DNA of 55,613 nt from Neolecta irregularis DAH-3 (Eukaryota). The notes under the pieces were generated by a model, which saw only the letters and a list, made by a program, of their open reading frames with translations, was not told where the DNA came from and did no database searches. Each line of letters opens with the position of its first letter. The stretch's first letter is position 1. The DNA lies in contig LXFE01000132.1 in NCBI GenBank assembly GCA_001929475.1, positions 1-55,613 on the forward strand. Reading direction: 5' to 3'. Positions 39,454 to 55,613 of this stretch are shown here, in pieces. Position numbers and translations under genes: made by a program.

Positions 39454-40728
39454 GTGTTGCTGCAGCTGCTGTTGATGATGATTATGAGATTGATAATAAA
39501 AATTTTGGGGAATGGAGGAGGATGTGTGGAGTATTGGGATTTGGGGGTGGGATTGCCAGGAGTGATTCAACATGGGCGGTTCTGATTTTCGATGGGCTGA
39601 CGTATTGAAGGGATTTCCAGCGAGATCTTGGACGGGGAACGACGGGGTGACTGAATTGCTTCGAGATGGCGGACGAATTATTGTTCCAGCGGAATGGTGA
39701 TCCGGATATGTTGGAGAAGGAGCGTCTTCATCACCATTGGGTGACATGGATGCAGTACTCGCAACATATACTTTAGTCGACGGATCTAGACTCAGCACAC
39801 TCGAGAAAAAAGATTTACCGATTTCTCCTATACGCAGCCGTTCTTCTTCGCGGGCTACACGGTATATTTCTCGCAGCAGATTGGTCTTGTCTGGGGGAAT
39901 GTAGGCTGCTACTTCTGCGGTGGCGAGTTCGAGTCTATTCACAGGGACTTTTCCGCAGCGGAGCATTCTCAGGAGCAGCGAGATGCGTTCTGGTTTCATG
40001 AGATGGTCTGGTTCCTTGTGCCGGACATGTTCGGGCCACCAGTCTGGTCTCGACTCTTCGCCGCGGTTGTATGGGTAGCGAGTCTGTTTTTTGGGTTCGA
40101 TGATCTTTATCCATGCTTTTGCTACAATTTTGCACACCATCTGCTGGAGCTGGCGGAAGCGGGTTTCAAGAAACGCAGAAACCTGAGGGGTTGAACCGAT
40201 AATCAGGGGTTTGTATTCGGTGAAGCTTGAGGGCGACAAGAGGGCTGTTTCGAGATGAAGGGGCAGGCGGTCTGTGGAGAGCGTGATTTGCGAGGGCATG
40301 CTAAACGATCTATGCAATTCTGGTGGGGCAGGCGGAAGCAGAGCGAGGACTGGCGCATTTGGTGTTGCTTCGCTTTTTTTAACCTGGTCTTCGGGTTCGA
40401 GCTCGTCGTCTATATTATCGCGGTCTGCAGCGGCGTCCTGGAAGAATTTGCGATCAGCATGGCCGTCATGGGCGGCAGTAGCAACCAGGGATTTTGCGTC
40501 GTGCAGCACTTTTGGGCCGAACCAGTCTGTGAGCTTTGCCTGGAAGACGTCGCTGGCATAGGATTCGCTTTCGCCGCGGGAGTTTACCCAGAGAATGGCG
40601 AAATGGGAGCCGTTGATGTACGACGCCTTGCCGAGCGCCTTGAGGATCTGGTCGCGCTTGTTTTTAAAGTGCCGGTGCTGTTTTGAGGGGGAGGAATACG
40701 GTTCGACTCTGACGGGGATGCGAGGCAT
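39010..40728 (-). CDS. DUF2841/Ydr124w-like protein with poly-Q/H tract (probable 33-nt in-frame intron ~39788-39820)
   Basis: FRQLQQMVCKIVAKAWIKIIEPKKQTRYPY..PDWWP..VRHKEPDHLMKPERI. Confidence 0.85.
39370..39485 (-). repeat. CAA/CAG/CAT coding microsatellite (poly-Q/QH)
   Basis: tgt/tgc/tga triplet runs on the + strand. Confidence 0.9.
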
Positions 40729-41055
40729 GCTCTCGAGGATATCGATGTATTATCGATAGAGTATCGAGTGCTGATATCGATGGATATGGAATCAGAAAGA
40801 ATGGCCGGAAGCGGAGAGAATGTGGTGGATCGAAGTTTGTAGCTGCTGGTACGGCTGAGCGTGGACAGGCTTGGAAATGGCGCAGCAGCACTGGACCGTG
40901 CTTTTTATTTGGAGCGGATCCCTGAGCGCATTCCTTTGCCCCTGCGAATGCCCCTGCATTGCGCCACACGTTGGTGGTTATGTGGCGGTGCTAAATACTA
41001 TCGCTTAGATTGACTGAATAAGTTGACAGATTGAGTAGACTGTGCTGATATATAC

Positions 41056-45995
<4,940 letters not shown>

Positions 45996-46134
45996 CTGGA
46001 CGACAAGTATGCTTTTGGTTTTGGCAACTGCAAAACAATAATGGGTGAGTGGTAAATTGGCGATCTCAAATGGTGGAGTAGAAACTATAAGCTAAAAACA
46101 CCCTCTGAGTTCAAACCGGGCACCTTAAATAGCC

Positions 46135-47430
46135 ATGCTTCGCCTTCTTTGCCGCCGATCTTGCATAACTTTAACAAAGTCGTGCGTCTGTATAAAGAGA
46201 CAGTTTAGCATTCTTGGAATCGAAGTAGGCCCTATTATCGGTTATTGCTGATTTGTTTGGACTAGCTGCGATGACACCAGCGTGTGTCTTTTAGATATTC
46301 AGAAAGGGAAACCACCGGAAATCCTCGAGCATGTTGTACATAGATCTTTGGACCTGCACGAGCCGTATGGCGGAATACATCCAAGTGTTGCGATGGTGAG
46401 GAGCTAGATCACATAAACCACTGACAATAATACAGACTTCACATAATACAAATCTGGCGCCAATACTTTACGATATCGTTCATCAATATATAAACAAGGA
46501 CGGGCGAAGAATAGATTTGGTTGCTGTAACCAGAGGGCCGGGTTTACCTGGAAGTCTATCCTCGGGATTGTCAACAGCAAAAGGATTGTCGATTGGTCTC
46601 GATACAAATTTCATTGCCGTACATCATATGGTAGGGAACCATTTGCCATTGCTAATAGTGAGCAAGCTCACGCGCTCACACCTCGTCTATTGTCATCTAC
46701 ACAGTCTCCAGAATTTCCATTTTTATCACTTTTATTATCTGGAGGTCACACGATGCTCGTGCTCTCAAGATCGTTGATAGATCATGAAATTATTGCATCA
46801 ACGGTTGATATCGCCGTAGGAGACTTGCTAGACAAATGTGCTCGTCATCTCGGGGTTACTTGGCAATCGAAAATGCCAGCCGCCGCTATGGAAGCTTGGT
46901 CTTCGGACGCCGAGCTTGGTGATAATCAGGACTGGGACTTTACAATACCTCTTGAAAGAAAACCAACGCATCGTTCAACGTTGGCCTTCAGTTTTTCCGG
47001 CTTAGGAAGTGCGGTTGAGAGACTTATCGTTGCTGAAATGAATGAGACAAGGAGAAAGTCACTTGCTAGAGCAATCCAATTTACCGCCTTTGAACATATC
47101 ATTAGAAAAGTCATTTTATCGCTCGAACAACATGATCTGTCGGTTTCTTCTCTTGTAGTCAGTGGAGGTGTTGCTTCCAATAAGCTACTACGATCCCATT
47201 TTCGTCAAAAGTTGGAAGAAAAAGGATTCCACAATATCGAGCTTGTGTTTCCACCGGTTGAGTTTTGCACGGACAATGCAGCTATGATCGCATGGGCTGG
47301 TTACGAAATGTACCAAGCAGGATATAAAAGCGAGCTTTCCGCGCTTACATTGCCTAAATGGCCGTTAAATGAGATGATGGATGTCAAAGGATGGATTCAT
47401 CAGAGTACATTACCGCCATTATGTAATTAG
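46135..47430 (+). CDS. QRI7: Mitochondrial tRNA N6-adenosine threonylcarbamoyltransferase (Qri7/OSGEPL1); first intron GT-GG
   Basis: LGIETSCDDT, YGGIHP, VTRGPG, VHHMQAHALT, LSGGHT, VVSGGVASN, CTDNAAMIAW. Confidence 0.95.
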
Positions 47431-47590
47431 AATCCTTTTTCCATTTTTCACCCCAAGAACATTATGTAAACCTCTTCCTACAGACATCATTGTCCAAGTG
47501 ATCTGATTTGTATAATTAATGATTAGCGTTGGCGTTGCTGCCACACCAAAAATTAACAGGCTGACTTTACCAAGGTGTGCAAAGTCAGTT

Positions 47591-48464
47591 ATGCGAATTG
47601 CATGTGTTCAATTTGATTCCAAGCTCGGAACTCCACAAATCAACATTAGGAAAGCAAACGATCTCATAGAGCGACATGTTCAATCTAAAGTGGATGTATT
47701 GGTACTTCCTGAAACTGCTTTCACAGGTAATACAACAGATTGTTGGTATGTGCTGATCCAAAGGCTACAACTTTAAATCCATCGAACACATAGACAAACA
47801 TCTTGAACCCACCTTACAAGGAATTACCTCGATTTGGGCAAAAGAAACTGCTGCTAGATTATCCTGTATCGTTATAGCTGGGTATCCAGAAAGGTCTGGG
47901 GAAACTCGCTACAATGCGGTTGTAATAGCAAGACCGGATGGCACCTTGTCCAACTACCGAAAGCATTTTTTATATACGATTGATTTAACATGGGCAACGT
48001 CAGGACCAGGCTTTTCTACATTCAACTTTCCGTTTGGAAAGGCAAGGGTCTCTAAGCTTGATGGTATACTGATTCGCAAGAGTTCTGTTGGTATATGCAT
48101 GGATATGAACAATGGAACGGACTTTTCCACTCCCTTTGAAGCATACGAGCTCGGCACCCACATCACCACGAACGAAATAGATTACTTGTTACTTCCAACG
48201 GCGTGGTTAGCGCCAGAGGACATGCCAGATGACCCAAAAGTACCTAGTATGTCGACTATAAGTTATTGGGCCGAGCGCCTTCGTCCTGTGTGGAACAGAA
48301 GCACAGGAAATGATCTGATTTTTGTGAGTTGTAATAGAATCGGAGAAGAAGATGATTGCAGGTATGCCGGGAGTTCGTGTGTTTTGCGGATAAAACCTGG
48401 GCACATTGAACTTTTGGGCAAGCTGGGATCTGCAGAGGAAGCGGTATTAACAGTAGATGTATAA
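47591..48464 (+). CDS. NTA1: Protein N-terminal amidase (nitrilase superfamily, N-end rule)
   Basis: MRIACVQF, VLPETAFTGYNF, GYPE, NYRKHFLY, GICMDMN, YWAERL, CNRIGEE, YAGSS. Confidence 0.88.
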
Positions 48465-48577
48465 AGAAACACAAGTTCACATAATAAAAAGATATACAAG
48501 ACATATCAATATCACCCGCCATCCTGTTCAAAAAATAAAATCGCGAAAACAAACACTTGTTGACTATCTCGACATAG

Positions 48578-49342
48578 TCATTGGATTTTGGCTCCAGCAG
48601 AACCATTACCGCCATCAACAGGAACATAAGGTTTACCGCTTTCACAGGCGCGTTTCCAGGCATCGGCCTCCCTCCAGGCCCGTTCGCATTCGGTTTTGAG
48701 TTTTTCATTGGCGGCAGTAACTTCCTCGATGGCTTGGTTCGTCATGAGTTTTTCTAGTGTCCATTTCTGAATATATTCTTCTTCGTTCTTCTTTAGCTGT
48801 CGGATATAGTTGACGGCTTGGGCAAGGATCTGAGATTTGTTCTTATCGCAGCCAGGCACAATCTTGGATAGTTCACTGCAAACGCGTCAATTCATAAACC
48901 AAAACGGCACAAACATACCTGATGCCTTCATTGATAGTCTCTCTGCGTCTTCGCTCGACTTCTTTGTGGTTATCTCGCCTCATTTTGTGCCATTCATCTG
49001 AGCCCACAATAGGTTTGTTTTCGTCGCCATCGCAGGGAGGATTGGTCAACGACCGTCTTGCTCTCCCAGGTGTAGAGTCATCATCAGCGGCACGTTTCCT
49101 CTTGCCATTTGCCGCTTGAGCAGACGCAGAAGCCTGATCTTGAGCAGCACTGGAAGTCGAAGCCGAAGTCACGTTTGTTGCGTGAAATCGTGAGGCTTCT
49201 CGATGGTTACCCATCTACATGTCAACCATCAACACCCACAGGACCAGACTTTACGCACCTCAGTCAAAAGACTCAGGACCTGGTCATCTTTGATAAGCGG
49301 CTCGGAAGTGAGAGATGGATCGATGTTCGAGTTGAGCGACAT
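48578..49342 (-). CDS. CBF1: bHLH-LZ transcription factor, Cbf1-like (2 introns)
   Basis: VGSDEWHKMRRDNHKEVERRRRETINEGI, KNKSQILAQAVNYI, WTLEKLMTNQAI. Confidence 0.9.
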
Positions 49343-50599
49343 GGTGTGGGCTGCAGCAAATGCCAGACTCGGATTTCCAACACTCGCCTTACTCCACTCG
49401 TGACGTATTTGACCGGGATATGGTTTATACATCGATATACTCCCAAACTGTTCTATTCTATAACCTTGATTATACCGCACGAATTCTGCGACAGGCACAA
49501 TTTATTTTCGGGAATCCGTCCTGCATTTTTCCCAGTCTTCACTAGAACTTGGTTGAATACACCTGGTTGCAATACATGTGCTCGAACGCCAAAAACAGCA
49601 TGGAAAGTTCAGTTTGCAAAATCTCTAAAGAAATGATTTGATAGTCATTCGAACACTTTACACCCTTGTTGAGTTGCAAAATACAGCAATATCTTTACGC
49701 AGTCGCTTGCTGTTACTCTATTTGAAGTATTTCTATAATCAGACTGTTTGGCTTTTGGAAATATGAGAGCACGCAAAGATATACGAACACTACAGCCTGC
49801 CGAATATCAATTGGCTTTTCTAGTTGTAATTGCATCTTTTCCCCTTGCGTCAGGGTGAAATGCAGTTAGTTATTATCTTTTTCCGATTTTTCATTCCATA
49901 TCCTCTTCATTGTACTACAGTAGTCTGATTGTCGTGGTGTCTGTATCATCAGCTGTCCGAGAAATGTAAGATGACCATAAAACAAGGCTAGATGGAATTA
50001 AGTATGGTCCATTTCCTTTTCGTTCAGAGTTCACAAGCAAATATTCAGCAAAAGCTGAAACTAATTCTAAAATACTGGCAAGAACTCTACCATGGAGTAG
50101 CAGTTGTCAAAAAAATTCGAGAGATGGCGGCGCGAGATAATGGAGATCTGTTTCTGTGGTGCTCCCATCGGATGAATAAAACATTTTGTCCAAGGGTCTA
50201 CCGCTCAAAGACCACGCAATACTCAAACACGACCGGCACCAAAGTGGCTTCAAGCAAATGAACAAAGCTCAGCGATCTAATGATCAAGTGGGTGACTTTT
50301 CAGGTCCCTTGCTTCCTCCTGTATTATCAATTAAACCATACGATTCCACAGGATCATTCCGCGTCGTGTACCTGCGTAAACCTTGGAACAAACAGATGCT
50401 CTCCTTGGAAACTCCTCGTTCGATATCCCTCGGAAATTGATTAAGACCATCCGCTTTTCTTTCGACGAATATTCGAATCCACACACTCATTATAGAGATC
50501 TCTAGATCTTTCTACCCATAGCTCATCTTTCCTTTTTTTTCTCTCTCTCTTGTGTTTCATACCTTTCTCTGCTTACTTAAAGCCCAGTCTCTCTTCAGG

Positions 50600-51870
50600 A
50601 TGAAGTTTTGCATATTCTCGGCTTTGATAGTCGTTCCTCTTGCGCTTGCTTCTGCGCCTGGTTAGGACAAGGAAATTGTTCGTGGTGTGAACATTGACGG
50701 CTAGCTCATTAAGGAATACTGTTCGCTACCGACATGATATGATTTTTGATGCTAATGTTGAAGGGATGCAACGGTCAGTATATCAGCAAGCACCAACATT
50801 AACCAAGCAGAAACATTCGCCGGGGTTAATGTTGGTGTTTTACCTGACGAGTGGACGATATGCGAGAAGCTAAGTCAAACCAAGCGAGCGACGTTTCTCC
50901 AAAATCATTGGTCGACATGGTGGTTCACTGAACAAGATCTCCAGGATCTCGCTAGCACGCGAATCAATTCGTCTACTTCGTTCATCAGGCGCACTAACAA
51001 ATTAGTATTCGAATTCCTATAGGATATTGGGCATATCAACAGTATGGCTTGGATGGGGAAAGCTATAGGCTGGGCTCGATCTGCTAGCATTAAAGTCTAG
51101 ATCGATCTTCATGGTGCTCCTGGTTCACAAAACGCCTTCGACAATAGCGGCCATGCTGGTACTATGGTCTGGCAAACCGGAAGCAATGTTCAGCTCACAA
51201 TCGATGTCCTGGTCACAATTGCCAAGAAATACGGAACACCAGCATATGCCGATGTAGTTGGATGCAATTGAGTTTCTTAATATAAACCAGCTACATGGGG
51301 GTACAAATAACAATGCTGTTACCCGCAGTTTTGAAGGCTGTTGTAACGAACGATGACCTGTTGATTACAATTTACGACAATTTTCTGACTCCAGCTCCTT
51401 GGACAGATTTTCTGGGACCACCAGCCAATGGAAAACCCGGTGTTGATACTCAGATCTATCAAGTCTTTGACGCCTATCCTCAACCTCTCGATATGGATGG
51501 ACACATCTGTAGTCAGGTCAATGAACTTCAGTCTCCCAATAATTAGTCTCCGGTGGAGATTGGTCAGCAGATCGTTCCATTCGCGCTAACACAGACGGTT
51601 CGAATTTTGCTGGAACTTCAGAATTAAGAAATTGTAATGGTCAATGTTAATGTAGCGAATCCGGAGCTCCTTGGTCCCCCGCTCTTGTCAGCCAAATTCT
51701 AATGTTCGTGGAAGCACAATTTGATACATGGGAGAAAGCAAGCTCTGGTTGGTTCTTTGTGGCGTTCAAGACAGAAGACAAACCTGCATAGGACTCCACG
51801 AAAGGCACTCAGAATGACTGGATTCCTCAACCACTTGATTCCCATAAATATTCTGGTCAGTGCAGATTTA
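50600..51870 (+). pseudogene. GH5 exo-beta-1,3-glucanase (Exg1-like) pseudogene
   Basis: Signal peptide, VRGVNI(D)[49 protein letters not shown]; in-frame stops and frameshifts, including at the NEP catalytic motif. Confidence 0.88.
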
Positions 51871-52320
51871 CATTGTCTTCTATGGCTCACGTTTCAAGCT
51901 CGACCACCGGTTCTTTGACACACAACCCTTCGAGTCAACGACACGAATGCTGTCAAGTCGGCACTTGCGCCTGTGTCCCGCCATACGCCGAATAGTCTCT
52001 CGACATCAACTATAGTTCTCTCACCCATCAAACTGGCGAGATCGTGCCACTCAATCTTCCAGTGGCACCCAATCTTCTGTTCGGCCAGTTCACCAAGGAT
52101 GTCATTGTTCAGGGAAGCGGCTCAACAGCAACACCCAGTTTTCCTAACATCACGGCAACTTTGACTGGTATTGTCTTCATCACTGAATGTTCCTATGCCA
52201 AGATAAAAGTAAATGGAAGGACAGACAGACAGACAAGGCCTAAAGGAGTGGAATGGAAGAATAGGCATCTTTCTGAAGTAAATATTGATGAATTTAGTTC
52301 GCCAGTAGTATGAAAGACTA

Positions 52321-52955
52321 TTATGACTTCTTTTTCTCCGGCTCCAGTAGCTGAGTTAAGTGAAAATACACTCGCGGAGCTACCACTGTCCAACAAATGA
52401 CTCCGACCAAGATGATCAATCCGGCTACAGGCAGTAGGCTCTCAGGCATAACTCCGAGTATCAGTTTATCCAGAACTGCAAGAATAAGTGATATAGCGCA
52501 GACCAGGATACTTGCTCAATATGAACTCCATCTCTGGTACATTTGTCATCAAGTCTTCTATATGCGAGTAGTAAGTTGCCTCTGCAAATAAGCGGATGAA
52601 TAATATTTCATTCTCATAGAAAGTACTTAAACGAAAAGCTGTTGGCGACTTTCGAGGACCCAATCAGTCAATTTCTTTCTCTGCCGGGACCACTCACACT
52701 AGCTGCCCAGCAAACCCTTACTTCATACTTCGATCCCTCGACCAGGCCTACCAATCCGTATATCCTTTCGACTCCAAACGAGTCTTCCGAAGTCGAAAAA
52801 GCGGGTACGATAGTTTCTTGGAACCGAGGTTCATTAGGAGATAACCACGTTAATTTAGGAAATTTAAAATCTGACGTTTTCGGAGCCGTAAAGATCGTCT
52901 TTGCGGTATTCGCGTACACCTGTAAACAGAAAGCAAGCAGGGGAAATATCAGCAT
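52321..52955 (-). CDS. Pga1-like ER membrane protein (putative GPI mannosyltransferase II co-activator family), 2 introns
   Basis: Signal peptide then ANTAKTIF, KYEVRVCWAASSPTAF, ILDKLILGVMPESLL plus TM segment, KKKS C-terminus (ER-retrieval-like). Confidence 0.65.
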
Positions 52956-55233
52956 GATTTTCCAGGAAGACGTAGTAGCTGTGCAGCAGCTTATGGATAT
53001 GGGGTTCAAAAAGGATCAAGCTGTTCGAGCTTTAAAGGTATACCAAAGTGAACCAACACGCACTACTGACGATTCTGGAAAGCAAATAATGATGTTTCAA
53101 AGGCCTTTGATTATATTTTTAGTACAGATACAGACTTTCAGGTAATTTTCATTTTTCTAAAGTCTCTAAAGGGTCAATCTGTAGGACATTGATAACATTA
53201 ATACACTACAAGACTGGCCTTCTTCCACAAACGTCGTCGATTTGACTCAAGGCTTGTCCGGTTTATGAAGATAACTGATTGATCAGGCGAGGATGAAGAC
53301 ACTCGCTACGCGCGTCAATTGCAAGAAGAAGAAAATGCTAAAGGACGATCATCTGCATATAACGGCCAACAGATACGGCCACACAGTCATGAGGAAACAA
53401 AAGGCAGAAATACGACTATCTGCTCGGTTTCAAACATGCAAATAGTCCCTTATGGCCCTCGAGAATCCACACCAATCGTCGAGATATACAATGAGCCACC
53501 ACCCCATGAACGCATTCGCCAGCACGGAGCGTATGAGCATTCTAGGAAGCGGTCTTTTAACCCAAGGTCTGTGGTTATTCGCCCAAATTCAAGGTCTCAG
53601 ACAGACCGTAATGTCCTGTCGCCACTTATTCAAATTCTCTATACCATCCCACTATTTCGATCAGTTGTGCTATCCTTAAATCTTGTGTCTGAGCTGGAAG
53701 ACAGAGTGAAACTTCTTTTGGAAGAAGACGAACTTGATCAAGCGGATGATCGTAGTACTTTTCCGCTATGTAGTTCTCGCTTAATATTAGCTCATGCGAC
53801 CCAAGAACTCGTACTTGAATGGGTTCTTGCTGCTCTTCAGTATACCTTTGCGTCACTGGAACTTGGTAATCGTGCCTATGTTTCGGGCGAACCAATCCAA
53901 AAAGCCTTCTCCCTCTTCTCAATGACACAGAATGCTCCTTGTGGCGGAGGCGATTCAAGTATCAACGAACGATATTGATATGCTAATCTGAAAGCTATCA
54001 TAAATTTCTCTTCATTCTGGGACCAGCTTATGCGTACGTCTATAGACAGCAGCTGGTTTTCAGCTTCCCCGAGATACTTTAAGGGTATTTCTGTTGCTCA
54101 AATCGAACTCCTGGACAACATCAAAGGGTACATTTTGGGCATAACTTGCAACACTTAATACTCAATAGCTCATTATTCTCGACCCTAGTAACGCTACCGA
54201 ACAACCCAACATACGCCTACTTTGATATATCTGTTCGGTCGATTTCCGATGCATCAACCACACTTTACGACTACCTCGACAACATCGTTGGGAGCAAAAT
54301 CAGGGAAGGGGTCTATCCAGTTTCTTTTGCGCCCATTCTTATCATTGTTTTTCACAGTGCCGGCATTGGCACTGGAGTGTCATTGCCAGCAGAGATTGAC
54401 CTCGGCCGTTATTCCAAGGAAATGAGCAAGGTGATGGTAGAACGGTTGAAAAAAGCAGACAGTGTCCAGGCTCGTATTCCCGAATGTCAGGCAGATATTG
54501 ACAAACTTTCTTGGTTCAAGGTTTATAGTCTCATCTTCTAAGTTGGCAGCTAACAGCCTCAGACCTATTCAATTGCAGAATTATTAGCTGCTTCTCAAGC
54601 CTTTTTCAAATCTCATCCCCATTGTCACGAAAGTGATGAAAATCCTCTACCAGAAGACGGAGCTCCTATACTCGATCTGACGACAAAAATTGAGAATTTA
54701 CAGCTCCAAGTTTATAACAAGTTAGCGGAACTGAAAGACAAGAAGAAGGGGTTTGAAAGTGAAATTGAAAACTTGACAGATCTATCTACATTGCAGTCTG
54801 AAAAGGAATATAGGCCAAATAAGTATCACTTAAGCGGATTTCTGAAAACCCCTTCGGATGCATATTTTGATAATGACGGAAGATGGTGGCATACTGCTTT
54901 TTCGTCGAATTTCGGGTATACCTCCGAAGCAGTCTCATTCGAAAATTCAGTTAAGCTGGCGAAAGATGATGGAGAGATCATCGCTATCTTTGCTTCCAAT
55001 GTCGCTTGTGAGAAAGAATCTTCAAATATTGCTAGTAGTTTGAGATTGAAGGTTTGTTTCAGAGCAAGAAGTATCAGTCTGATTTCTCTAAGGAACTCAT
55101 CCTGGCTGAGAACGCCAAGTTTGATGAGGAAATTACACAAAATGGTGTTGTCAAGGATCAGAATCAGACTCAGAATGATGAGCATGCTATATCGGGTCCG
55201 ATCGAAGACAATGCAGAACCTGGATCTGTATGA
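52954..55233 (+). CDS. UBA-domain protein with SIM/UIM-like motifs and degenerate USP-like region (Rup1-like), 8 introns, first GT-GG
   Basis: QQLMDMGFKKDQAVRALKKANNDVSKAFDYIF (UBA), VVDLT, ARQLQEEE, LIQILYTIPLFR, YHLSG, GRWW. Confidence 0.7.
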
Positions 55234-55613
55234 AAATGAAATATACCTATAAAACATGAATCGAGTGTCAAAATTTCTAATTGTCTTCAATCCTCGTACA
55301 CTGAGATTCCAATATAAATTCAGTCACTTAAGCTAGGTATGGTATGTCCGCAGGAAGTTCAAGTCACTTAGTCTAGTATAATAAAACCTGGTCTTATTCG
55401 AACTTGAGTGTGAGTACTTGACCGGTCTGGTCTATACTCCGCTGAGCCTTAAGGTCGTATATAGTTGCAAGGGTTGTCAATAATGATAACCGTTGGTATT
55501 TAATATACAGTGTTAAGCCTAGCGCGCTAGCCGCGCTCGGCGCTACTTATATACCCGTTCTCGCGCGCCACCGTCCGGTTAATCGTCTGGCCCCTGTGGA
55601 ACATGATCCACAT

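Noticed and set aside
49640-50590. Short ORFs in the CBF1-glucanase intergenic region
   Set aside because: No motifs or coherent splice pattern; cannot be supported as genes.
50600-51546. Genetic-code change (TAG read as Trp)
   Set aside because: TAG is a normal terminator in several genes here (GRS1, CCL1, SUT1) and the glucanase also carries frameshifts; pseudogene is the simpler explanation.
55500-55613. GC-rich palindromic stretch with TATA-like tatata at the window end (possible ncRNA or LTR)
   Set aside because: Truncated by the window; no tRNA/snRNA structure or second copy visible.

Overview
Gene-dense eukaryotic DNA from a fungus. Intron-rich genes, a complex I subunit and S. pombe-like orthologues suggest an early-diverging ascomycete (Taphrinomycotina, possibly Neolecta-like); this is an inference. 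I modelled about 33 protein-coding genes by hand, with roughly 125 very short introns (mostly 31-45 nt). The window also holds a GH5 glucanase pseudogene, two copies of a pogo/Tigger-like MITE and several minisatellites. The main signal is an unusually relaxed splicing code. At least five introns in conserved genes (cyclin H, Cla4-like PAK, NHX1, QRI7, a UBA protein) restore the conserved protein only, or best, if they end in GG, TG or CG instead of AG. About ten introns use GC donors, GT donors are very degenerate, and there are 4-nt and 6-nt micro-exons. The window also encodes the splicing modulator Hub1/UBL5 apparently fused to an SR/RD-rich N-terminal domain, a probably catalytically dead CAF1/POP2 homologue, and divergent gene pairs with almost no promoter space, including one pair with overlapping start codons. 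All gene models come from manual reading, without transcript or database evidence.
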